Source: Conidiobolus incongruus B7586 (taxonomy: Eukaryota). Taken from it: a DNA stretch of 44,819 nucleotides. How positions within the stretch are numbered: position 1 is the first letter of the stretch; the number at the start of each line of letters is the position of its first letter. The position numbers were made by a program, and so were the translations under genes. This document shows, piece after piece, positions 28,081 through 38,943 of the stretch. Location of the stretch: NCBI GenBank assembly GCA_000697335.1, contig JNEM01012736.1, forward strand, positions 1 to 44,819, read 5' to 3'. Below the pieces are notes generated by a model. That model searched no databases. It was not told the origin of the DNA and was given only the letters and a program-made list of their open reading frames with translations.

Positions 28081-29001
28081 CACCTGATGAAATTTATAGA
28101 TTTGCAATATGCCTAAGCTTTTACTAAATGTAATAAAATTACACTTATGACGATGTATCCATATATGGCAGTTATTATTTATTGCACTATCATCATTTTT
28201 TTTCAAATCTTCACATGGTATGAAACTATCCATATTTCATTCAGGTAAGCTTGAATTAAACAGTCATAGATTTTCTAAATTAATCTTATTAAATCTGAAA
28301 AAATTAAATTATTAATTAATTTTTTAGTTGAATAATAAAACTAAAAGTTCTGATTTTATTTCTATTATTCGAAATGCTATCTAGAATATAAAATCACGTA
28401 ATAGTGAGAAAAAATTTTAATATGTTTATATATCTTATTTATACATTCAAAAAAATTATGAATTATGTTATTTTTTATCAAAAGCATAATTATCTTGAAT
28501 CCTTATTTAAGATCAAATTATTGTTTAAACTAATTAAATACAAAATTGAAATATTTATATTAAACTGGTCAATTTATATCTAACATATAAGAGCTAAAAT
28601 TATTTTTATTATTGTTAAATAACTGATTTTGATTTGATAGTTTTATTAGATATAAATAAAACTATTACCAATTATTTAATTTGTAAAGTATTGTGATATA
28701 TAACTGTTTATAAGATTTAAATTTCATGTAAAAATAAAAATAAAAATAAAAAATTAATATTTCAAGGGTATGTTCTTTTTAAATGAAAATAATTTCCAAT
28801 TGAACTTCTAAACATTTGTATTAAATTTCAATTAATATTAAAATTAATTTAATATATTATTAATAATGATCAATTTAGTATTTGAGTAAATAGTGTAAGC
28901 TGTATATTAAATACTAAGAATTAATAAAAAAAATACAGAAATTTGTTTTAAAATTTATTTATTTAAAATATAATTAATAAAATTATATTTATTAATCAGA
29001 T

Positions 29002-29645
29002 CTAACTATTATTGGTATTATCATTAGATTGTATTAATTCAATTGAATAACGTTGATTTTTCCATTCAATATACATTTCTTCAAAGTTAATCAGTGGTGA
29101 TAATTTAGTCAGAACTAGAGAAGATTTTACTAGAGCTCTTTGATGAAGAGGACTTTTCAAATCATAAGGTAGTGGATGATACACTCTTCCAGAACTAGTA
29201 CATACCGATAACTTATCTGGTTGGAATGGAATTTCAAAATTACCACCCCATTTTAAATGATCGTCTATTAACATGTCATTAATAATAAGTCTACAATAAT
29301 GATATTTATATAATACTCGAATCAATCAAATCATGAAAAACAATAGGACAATCCTCAACATTAATAAAATTCACTTCTTTACCACATAAGCTTAGATAGG
29401 GATAACCATTATCAAATCGATTATTAAATTGAATCCTCTTAAAGAAAAAAATTTAAAAATTGAATATCTTTAAAACAAGTTGTAAAATTTTTAGGTTTAG
29501 TCTCTTCTAAAAATAATTGACCATGGCAATCTATAAAATAAAAGTATTCCCTCTGATAATTTGAGGTTTTTATATGCTTTAATGAATAGAGGTATTTTTG
29601 AATTGGGCTTCAGAGTAGTTTGGAATGATGTTTAATTATTATCAT
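29002..29645 (-). pseudogene. DUF4505/UPF0598 (C8orf82-like) gene, disrupted
   Basis: Minus strand reads MIIIKHHSKLL*SPIQKY...QREYFYFIDCHGQLFLEETKPKNFTTCFKDIQFLNF /frameshift/ FKRIQFNNRFDNGYPYLSLCGKEVNFINVEDCPIVFHDL |intron| KWGGNFEIPFQPDKL...SGRVYHP. In-frame TGA at 29612-29610 and an extra base in the A7 run at 29445-29451. Confidence 0.8.
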
Positions 29646-30513
29646 TATTAGAATTAATCAAATTTCGAAACGTCCCTTGAGCTGGTGCTCTATGCCAATT
29701 AGGTTCACACTCCCACTCAGAGGACCATTCATACCCAACTTTGTGATTTTCCTTGTGATCGCCACAAGCGTTGATCCCTACAAGATCCAAGCGCAAGTCA
29801 ACTTTGTTTTCGATTACATCACCACTGAGCCACTTGGAATCAATTGGTCCAGTTCGAGCTTCGATGGAAGTGTAATTAAGCTGTTTAAGAGACTCTGCCA
29901 CTGAAGTTTTAGTTGACCCAAATTTAACAGGCTCTAAAAATCCAGACCCTGCGATAAATCCGACTCCTGACGTACCATGTATCCAATCATCACAAACCGT
30001 AAAACCAATCACTCCCCTGTTGAATTGCATATTGTCAATTATGCCCAACAGCCATAAAGAGAATGTGTTGTATGGCAACACAACATGCGAGCACCACCCA
30101 TAACAGCCCATTTGGATTATTAACCACTGGCATTCCTGATTTGTGTAGCAAGATCGTTTTTCAACAACCAGCCCAGTGCCGTGAACGAATCCAGTCAGAA
30201 ATTCCACAAGCTGGCTGTCATTCCAGCCAACGGTCGAGGTGCTGCTCTCCTCTTGTGGAGCTAGTTCCAACAACGCCTTAACCCTAGCCTTGACGACTGC
30301 TCGGTTGTCATGATGCAATTTGTAGATTAGCACAACCAACACCAAACAGAAGACCCCAATTCTCAATGTAGGTGGTCGAACAAATTGTTGTCCAGTACCA
30401 CTTAACCATCCATTATCTACGCTTATTAAAAAGTTTCTTGTTGTTTCAGATAACAACATAGAAGCATATAGAACTTTAATTGTTTGAATTAAGAAATTAA
30501 TGTTTTCGCTCAT
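29632..30513 (-). CDS. Orphan 293-aa intronless ORF carried on an insertion (putative virus-derived or toxin-like protein)
   Basis: Open frame much GC-richer than its flanks. TM-like segment at aa ~52-64, KR at aa 119-120, 8 Cys, many Trp. The last ~14 codons run through the flanking repeat into host sequence. Confidence 0.65.
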   Translation of the reverse strand: MSENINFLIQTIKVLYASMLLSETTRNFLISVDNGWLSGTGQQFVRPPTLRIGVFCLVLVVLIYKLHHDNRAVVKARVKALLELAPQEESSTSTVGWNDSQLVEFLTGFVHGTGLVVEKRSCYTNQECQWLIIQMGCYGWCSHVVLPYNTFSLWLLGIIDNMQFNRGVIGFTVCDDWIHGTSGVGFIAGSGFLEPVKFGSTKTSVAESLKQLNYTSIEARTGPIDSKWLSGDVIENKVDLRLDLVGINACGDHKENHKVGYEWSSEWECEPNWHRAPAQGTFRNLINSNNDNN

Positions 30514-30649
30514 TTTCTATTGTAGGCCCTTAGTCGAACGTCCTATATATAGAAAAATATCAATAATTGCTCGTTTTTAAAACAGAAAGATTTTATTATC
30601 AACCAAATTGTGTTGGTTGTAGTTGTTTTTGTTTTTATTTCGAAACGTC
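29662..30649. mobile_element. 962-bp insertion flanked by a 13-bp target-site-duplication-like direct repeat ATTTCGAAACGTC
   Basis: Identical 13-mers at 29662-29674 and 30637-30649 bracket the foreign ORF and its leader. No terminal inverted repeats and no transposase/RT motifs recognised. Confidence 0.75.
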
Positions 30650-31338
30650 AGCAATCAGTCACCATTTATTTAATTATGTAATATGAGGTAATTAAGGAAT
30701 AATTATGGGATTATATTTAATTACATATATTCCATTTAACATTAAAAATCTTTTAGATTTATATCTCAAACACGATTATTAGATGATATATTTATTAAAT
30801 AAATTAAAATTATACTATAATTACATAATAATGATATCAAATTATTAGATTGTTTTAAATGATTTATTATAACTAATATTTCAAAAAAAATCAATTGATT
30901 AAATTTGAATATTTAAATTCATATAAGTATATTAGAACTTGATTTAATGTTTAAAATATTTTATATACTGCAATAATATAAATAAAATCAAATATATTTC
31001 ACTCAAGGAATAATATACAATTTATAAACAATATCTTATTATATATTATGGTTTCCATTTTACTTCTGTTGCAAACAGATTTATCAATTTATTCAATATG
31101 AGTGCTGTTTTGGATTTCAATCAATTTTTGTTCCAACTATATTTTTATTCTTCTATTATATAATAATACATAAATTAAAAGCTTATATTAGATTTAAATA
31201 TCATACTTGTAATTATATATATTATTTATATAATCTTTTTTCAATCAATATAAAATATAAATTTTTCTCTATTAATCAATTTTACTAATTAAATTTGGAT
31301 TTTATAAAGGAATTTGAATATTGTAAATTATATAATAT

Positions 31339-31580
31339 TGACGACCGTAAACGCGGGAGGAAGTAGTCTTTTAGAGCTTAAACGGGGAATCGCCAGTGGT
31401 AAATGATAGATTACCACAAAGTTAAGGGAAATTAAGGGGATTCACCAAATTAGGTGAAAATAGCTTACTGCGAATCGGGTTCTTCGAATAAAGTAAATAT
31501 CTCACGCTCGTCACGACTCAATACCTCTGTGAGTGTTACAAGAAAAACTTAGAGACTGGATACTTTTGAAAATGAAGATA
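31339..31580 (+). other. Structured GC-richer island, group I intron-like fragment (possible NUMT)
   Basis: Several hairpins plus a long-range helix. P-like AAACGCGGGA and AAACGGGGAA, R-like TTAGAGACTGG followed by a truncated S-like GAAGATA. No ORF. Confidence 0.45.
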
Positions 31581-32583
31581 GAAGAATGTGTTTATTAGTT
31601 TGCTTGTGGTAATCTTATATTAATTTCAATTGTGAATGTTCGTGAATGTGTAGGCCTTACAGGCAGAAAATGATAAATTTAACCAGTTCATGAAATAAGG
31701 CACTTCCAATGTGACTTCTTGTATCAGTGTGATAACCAGAGTTTCTTGAGTGATGGACACAATTATTTCCCATCAATATATATATATATCAATATTATCC
31801 TATCCATAATTTCTTTATTAAAGATAAGAATTATATTAATTAATATTTAAATTGTTTTAATTTTTAATCAAGTAATTATTAATCCATTGGTATATTAATA
31901 ATGCTTATATTATATTTTTAACAACTAAATTATTAATATTTTAATTGTGTAATAATGTATTAATTTGAAACTATAAATTTCATTGTATAACAATATTTTA
32001 AATAGAATAGAGCATCATAAATATTTATCTCTATTATATAATTTTTGTATAATATTGAAATTGATTAAATTTTCATTAAAATCTCAGTAAAAGTATTAGT
32101 CAAATTTAAATTAACATTATTATAAGTATATTATGATGGAATTAATATTATTCCTAAATATAATATATTAATATCAATTATAATTATTAATAGAATGATA
32201 TGTATTAAATTATATTTAAATGAAAATCTTATAGATAATTGATTTACAGGATCTACTCGATAGTTTACATTAATTTGGCTAATGTAATCTCAAAAATAAT
32301 AGATATAATTCAAAACATATGAAAATATATTCAAAATTATCATCATTATAAGAACAATTTATTTAAAATGCTATAATAAAAAGTTTGAATAGTTAAAACT
32401 CAACAAAATAAAATAAATCATTTATAAAAAATTTTTCTCAAATCACATATTTTATAGTTCAAATTTAAGGGACTTTAAAATTTTGATTTATTTTTTCGCT
32501 TGATTTTCAGAGGTTTACCTCAATTCAATTCAAAATTCAATTATATTTTGAAATCTTGCTTCATCTAAGATTTAAAATTAAAT

Positions 32584-34000
32584 ATGGATAATTAATTAAG
32601 GATATATGTGAAATCTTCGAATATAAAAAGACTTGTAGTTTAACAATTTGAGGTATTCTTTTTATTAAATATGTTATCATTATTATATTTAAAAATTAGC
32701 CAATAAACAATTTATAATTCACATTACTTGAGATGAATTTTACTAGGTTTTATTTCAAACAAATATGTTTATCAACTAGAGGAATAGTTATTTATATTGA
32801 ATAAAGGCTCACCTCATAAATTCTGGTCCTTTAGATCATCTTTAGCCATATATACTTTGCGCCACTTTCTTCGTTATAGCAGATATTTTGGTTTAATATG
32901 GTAAGCATTAAATTATTGCATCCATTCAAGGTCAGAGTTCAGCTTCTAAAAATTACCTTTCACTCAAAAGATCGTCATTGGATTATGATGTTGTCAAGAA
33001 CCTCATAAAAAAGGTATACATTGATGATACTTAGAACAATCAAGCGGCCAATTGATCCAAGTCTAAATATTTGGAAGTTGAATGTGTAATCACAAATCAT
33101 CTAACCTTGTCATATAAAAGCAATGCGATTTTTTTGTACATTTAGAAATTGCAATATCTTTGAATACTTCGGCACTTATAAGGAAGAAGTGGAAAAGCTC
33201 GCTCGGCCCTCAAATTTGGTAGTGTTCCGCGCTGAGTATGGACTAACTCCAGAGTAATCTGCTCCATACCAATTGGAAGATGTATTATCTCAAATCATTT
33301 TCTAAACGCCCCCGGTAAATGAGCAAAATCATTATGAAAGGGGATTTTCGGTGAACTTGAATCAGGCTTTTGTCTCTGAAGTAAATGTTGGTGCTAATCC
33401 CTCAAGCTCTTTGATTCATTTTATGGGAGATAATAACATTGGAAAATTTACTGAAGCTCTGTTATACCCTCTTTGGTAAGATGTCACTTCATCCCAACTC
33501 CCTTATGTTGAATGTGTTCATAATAACTTACTGTCTAGCGATATTGCATTTATCATGGCTTACTTTGGATCGCCTGAAGATTTTCCAGAAGAGATACCCA
33601 AGAGAGGAGATGAATATGCTCCATTAAAATATATTGACTCTCCTGTTTTCAATCCCTTGTGTGACCTCAATTTCTGCGATTTACCATCAATGTTGATGGT
33701 TGCAGGTGAAGCAGAAGTGTTCACTGATGAAACACTACTCTATTGCAAATTAATCAATTCTATCCATTCTGAAAAAAATTATAATTCCCAAACTCATCAT
33801 CTGCTATTCATCTTTATCAAGATACGTTGCATGTATTCCACATGATATTACCAGAATTTGTAGGTAGTTTTCTTCTGAAGAGCAAGTCATTTTGTCAGAT
33901 AATACTTTAATACTAAATTCCAATAATTTGAAGGAATGCAGAAAGCATATCCAATTATCACTCAATTTATTTTCAAAGAAGTCACCAAGGATTAATTGAT
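32584..34000 (+). pseudogene. Alpha/beta hydrolase (HSL/abhydrolase_3 lipase-esterase) pseudogene, copy 1
   Basis: Decayed motifs EYGLTPE*SAPYQLED (cf. DYRLAPEHPFPA.LED), LIHFMGDNNIGKF and SPVFNPLCDLNFCDLPSMLMVAGEAEVFTDE; multiple stops and frameshifts. Boundaries are approximate. Confidence 0.65.
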
Positions 34001-35329
34001 CACAAGTGAACCAATTCATGTATTTTAAATCTCAATCAGCAACTCTTGCAATTCTCACTTGGGAATTACATCAATAACCCATTCAAATTAAATCACTCTG
34101 TTATTTAAATACCATGGAAATAAGTGATTTTAAGGTTTTTTTATAAACTATGGTTTTATATTAGTATTATATCCAAAATAATGGTATCAATTAAGTAACT
34201 TTGAGAATATATATTTTATGTAATTTACTTGTAATATTAAAAATATAATAAATTTCCAAACTCAGTAATGCTATTAAATGATTTACAAAAATATATTATA
34301 ATTTATTTAATTAATTAGTTTATCTTATCCATTTATTTTTAAAAATAGTTTATAAATCAATATATTTTCTATATATTTTTGATATTTAAGTTTTGATTAA
34401 ACTTTATTAGAAATTTGATACTTAAAATATAATCAAATTCAACAATTTAGTTAGTTGAGATATTCTTAATATAATATGAAAAATTATATTTAATTATTAT
34501 ATTTTGAGAACATTGCAATAGCTTTTAGTCATTATCATTTCAAGTTTTTAATATTTTTAATATTTCTTTCAATATTAATTAATTAATTTTATAATTTTAA
34601 ATTTTTGATCAAAAGAATAATTTCTTATTAATTATAAATCAATAAATTTATATTCTTATATAAATTAAAACTATATAAAACTATTAAAATTAATTATATT
34701 CAAATTTAAAAATTGAAATTTGAAATTAAAATGGTTATTATATAAATCTTGAAATTTTTTTAATTTTGTATACCTTAATATTTAGCATTATTATCCTATA
34801 CTGAGCCAATATTATATTTAATTCATTAAATTTTTATATTAAGAAAAATAATGAAAAAGTTAGCAATTAAGCAATTGAGAAATTGAATACTTTCAAAATT
34901 AAATCATAAACTGCTTTAATATTATTTTTGAAAAAAATATATTATAGTCAAACTTTGAATAAAATCAACTACTTTATAATTTTAATTTAATATATTGCTT
35001 GAATAAATAGTTATGAATAAAATTTAAAATATTATAATTAAATGGATATTAATTTTAATTATTTTTTCTAGTATTTTAAGTGTTGGAAATTATATTTTAT
35101 TTAATTATAAATATATAATAAATTTAGTTAAGGTCCAAATCATTGTCATTATTCATATAAATTTAATTCAATTAATAATTGTTTAAGATATAATTATAAT
35201 ATATATTTAAAAAAGAAGTTTTTCAATCTTATTGATATAATAATATTTTCAATTTTTTTCAATACTATTTTTAACCTTTAAGTTTATCAAATATTTAATT
35301 AATTATATCAAAGTTACCTCAAAATAAAT

Positions 35330-36560
35330 ATATGTAAATTCATTGAAAACTAATCAATTTAATTTGCCAATAAAGTTATTGGGTTTTCCAATTACTGGAA
35401 TAATATTGTATTTAATTAGGAGTACCTAATCGATCCTTGATCCTTCAAGACCTCTATGTTGGTGTATTTCGTAAGACACGCTCTGTGTCTTAGCACTAAT
35501 AGTTTGGTCAGCTACTGTAAGGATCTAGCTAGCGTTAGCGATACGAAAACCAAAATTTTTAAGGTTGTTAAGGGAGCTTCATTTATTCCAAGTATCGTCA
35601 ATTAGCTCACGAATTAGTTCAAACCCATTAGAAGTGTATAAGGATTGCGCTTGATAGGATGAAGAATCTCATTAATTCAACTCGGAACCTTTAGAAGAAG
35701 AATGGGCTGTAACCAAATTATTTGACATTATCGTCCAATAGCAACGTGATATTTTTTCTATTTGGAGGTGGATATATCGTAGGAAGTTTTAATACTTATT
35801 GCTCCCAATTGGCACAACCTTCCAAAGCTACAGACTCCGTGGTATTCCAATAGAACTATAGTTTATTACTGGGACACTCGTAGCCATGCCAGTTCGAAGA
35901 TGCATTGGCCCAAATCCTGCACTTGACATCACCCATCATCGACCAGAATCTTGCAGAGAATGGCTTCAGTTTGGGATTCGGCCAAACCGTAGTTGCTGGC
36001 GTAGGGTTGGAAGTAATTTATTGAAAATTTTGATCTATTTTATGAGAGATAATGGTATTGGGAAATTAGTCGGAGCACTTCTATATTCCCCGCTATTAGA
36101 CGTAACAAGGTCGCAATCCTTCTATCAAGAATGCACGCATATTGGCTACCTGTCCAAATTCAACGTCATCACATCCGCCCAAGGTGACATACCAAAGGCT
36201 GGCGACATAATTTATATAATGGTACGCCACAACCAAACACCAAATCAGCCTAAAATAAAATTCTAGGTCGCGGACATCCTTACTCACAGTTTAGGTATAT
36301 CAACTCACCTATTGTAAGTCCTTTGAGCGACATTAACTTTGGCAACTATCACCAATTTTAATTATCTCTGGTGAAATTGAATTATTCAAGAACAAAATCT
36401 TACTCTACCACGAATTTATCTCAAACAGCTATTCAGCTGAAGAATTACGAGAATTCAAATATTCCTCCATTTACTATCCACTACAATAAGGATATGATTC
36501 ACATATTTCCCATTATATTGTCAGATATAAAACAAATTCAATAATATTTTATTAGGACTT
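35330..36560 (+). pseudogene. Alpha/beta hydrolase (HSL/abhydrolase_3) pseudogene, copy 2
   Basis: GGGYIVGS (HGGG-type oxyanion motif, ~35764), NYSLLLGHS*PCQFEDA, LIYFMRDNGIGKLVGALLYSPLLDVT, IISGEIEIIQEQ; stops and frameshifts. Boundaries are approximate. Confidence 0.7.
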
Positions 36561-36699
36561 GTTTTTTAACTGTATTTTAATAAAGTCATTAAGAATTTTT
36601 TTATTAATACAAATTTAGTAATTAGTAATAATAAGAAAATTATTATATCAATAATAAAAAGAATAATTTATATATTTTAAAATTGAATAAATTAATTAA

Positions 36700-36700
<1 letters not shown>

Positions 36701-36727
<27 letters not shown>
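36701..36727. repeat. (ATA)n microsatellite
   Basis: About 9 tandem ATA units just downstream of the PPR gene. Confidence 0.9.
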
Positions 36728-36732
<5 letters not shown>

Positions 36733-36759
36733 CTAATAAATTAAACAAATTTTTTATTT

Positions 36760-38943
36760 TTAATTTAAATTAAATTGAAATTGATTCAAATTAAATTTTA
36801 ATTTTAATTCATCATACTTTTTAATTATCTCTTCTTTACTATAAAATTTTAATAGTGATTTTAAATAAATATCTAATACTTTAAAATTAACTGTTGATTG
36901 ATTTATCAAGTATTGATTGAATAATACTTCAATTTCTTTGTATTTGTTCAAGTAGTATAAACTAATAATGAGATTGTTTATAGTTTGGATAGTTGGCTTC
37001 AGTTTTGGATTATTTAAGGTCAATTTATCATACCATTCTACCACATCTGCGTAGCGTTCATGCTTCATACCAAATCCCGAAACTAATTCTAAAGTTTTAG
37101 AATTATGATAAAATTCTTCCAATTGAAGTAATTTATAAACTTCATCCCAACGTTTTGAATATAATAAACCAAATAATGCAGAATTATAACATTCTGTCGT
37201 AATTTCAACTTTTTGTAATATAATAGGATCTTTAAAAAATTGTTGAATTCTATATAAATTAGTATTCATGCCTAAACCAAATGCCATTAATTGAACGAAT
37301 TCCGATTCGCAAAAGTATTTTTCTTCTTTGAGAGCTTCATAGAATTCTTTGAGGGCTAGGTCGATATCCCCAAGCTTGCATAGTGACTTCAGGTAGATGT
37401 TGAAGAGATAACTATTAAATGGGAGTTTTTTCACGACGAATAAGTCTTGGTACATGTCGATGACTTGACCCAGTCTAGAGTGTTTGAAGTAGTATTCCAT
37501 CAAAGGTGAAAAACTCGAAACGTCCAACCTCTTAGAATTTTGTAAAATATCGCGAATAAGACCGTAAGCTAAGTCGGGTTTACGATGATCACAGCATAAT
37601 TTGACCATTCTATCATAAATAGGCTTAGCTTGATCGCTGTCCAAAAACAAAGATTTCGATGTTGTGAACAAATCCCAAGCTCTATTGAAATCGTTCTTGC
37701 GAATGTAATAATCGAGGAATGGAATGTAAGTGAAATGATTGGGTTGAATTTTCAGGAGTTTTAACTCTTCAAGATATTGATTTGCAGTAAAAATGTCGTC
37801 ATTCAACAAATTGAGTTTGATTTTGGAATTCGTTATAGCTAACAAATCTTTTGAATCGGTCGTCAGGTTGGAGAATTGGCTCAGTAGGGTTCGTACTTGA
37901 TCCGGATTCTTACAATACGAGGCCACTAAATTCGTCAATTTCTCGGGCGATTCTAGCACTTTTTCATTCAGTAGTAAAACATATATCTTAGAAACGTTGT
38001 CGATATCGCCCAAAGATCCGTACCCGTGAATCAACGAGAGATAATAAAAGAAGGGGATAGCTAATTTTTGAGATTTCATAGAAGCTATAATATCTTCAGC
38101 GAGGTTCATCTTACCCAGAAGGGAGTAACCTCTGAGGAATTCATAATTGGTCTTATTAATGGTCTTAGCTGATAACTGGGGCTTAAGGAAGTGGTGGTAT
38201 TTTACAACGGATCCAATTTTGGAGTAGTTAAAGAGGTGACGAATCAAATACACAGAGTTAGGGGTATATAGTCGGATTTTGCTTTGGATCAAACGTTCTA
38301 CAAAATCAGGTAAACAAGTATGGTTTTCAGGATGTGTCGTCAGTTTGAGAAGTAGCGTCTGTGTCTTTCGCTTCCTTAATATCGAGTGGTTATTACTATC
38401 AAAATAAACATCAAATATCTGACTCATGGGTACAATTTGACTCAAACTCTCTCCTATCTTAGACTGAATTCCCACCAAATAATCGAGTAGTAAGATATAT
38501 TGATCAGAATTCATTTCCTCTCTTATTTTCGTATTGCTAATAATATAGGGAATTAAAATTTTTGAGGTTTGGGTGACATCGTGAGTGGGTGTTTTAATAC
38601 ATGCCAAATAGGATATCGTATCAAGTATCGTTTCAATACCAAATCCTTCTAGTAATATAGTATCTTTTGATACAGTAGATTTCAACTCCAATAATTCCCT
38701 AACTCGTTTATCTTGGATCAATTTGGGTTTGAATGCGTCATTAACTGACTGATACGACGGCAACTTGGGAGCATCCGTAAATATTTTATATTCCTTAGTC
38801 AACTTAGGAGGGATAATATCCATACCAAGCTTTGATACCGACGATACATACTTGTTGAATTGTAATAACAAAGAATTTTTTAGGAGATCTATATTTCCAT
38901 TAATTCTATATCTAGATTGTGGTAGAATCAATCGATTTATCAT
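36760..38943 (-). CDS. Mitochondrial pentatricopeptide-repeat (PPR) protein
   Basis: 727 aa, intronless. Repeated helical motifs (YLSLIHGYGSLGD, PNHFTYIPFLDYY, FNIYLKSLCKLGDIDLA, PTIQTINNLI) and a presequence-like N-terminus. Confidence 0.82.
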   Translation of the reverse strand: MINRLILPQSRYRINGNIDLLKNSLLLQFNKYVSSVSKLGMDIIPPKLTKEYKIFTDAPKLPSYQSVNDAFKPKLIQDKRVRELLELKSTVSKDTILLEGFGIETILDTISYLACIKTPTHDVTQTSKILIPYIISNTKIREEMNSDQYILLLDYLVGIQSKIGESLSQIVPMSQIFDVYFDSNNHSILRKRKTQTLLLKLTTHPENHTCLPDFVERLIQSKIRLYTPNSVYLIRHLFNYSKIGSVVKYHHFLKPQLSAKTINKTNYEFLRGYSLLGKMNLAEDIIASMKSQKLAIPFFYYLSLIHGYGSLGDIDNVSKIYVLLLNEKVLESPEKLTNLVASYCKNPDQVRTLLSQFSNLTTDSKDLLAITNSKIKLNLLNDDIFTANQYLEELKLLKIQPNHFTYIPFLDYYIRKNDFNRAWDLFTTSKSLFLDSDQAKPIYDRMVKLCCDHRKPDLAYGLIRDILQNSKRLDVSSFSPLMEYYFKHSRLGQVIDMYQDLFVVKKLPFNSYLFNIYLKSLCKLGDIDLALKEFYEALKEEKYFCESEFVQLMAFGLGMNTNLYRIQQFFKDPIILQKVEITTECYNSALFGLLYSKRWDEVYKLLQLEEFYHNSKTLELVSGFGMKHERYADVVEWYDKLTLNNPKLKPTIQTINNLIISLYYLNKYKEIEVLFNQYLINQSTVNFKVLDIYLKSLLKFYSKEEIIKKYDELKLKFNLNQFQFNLN

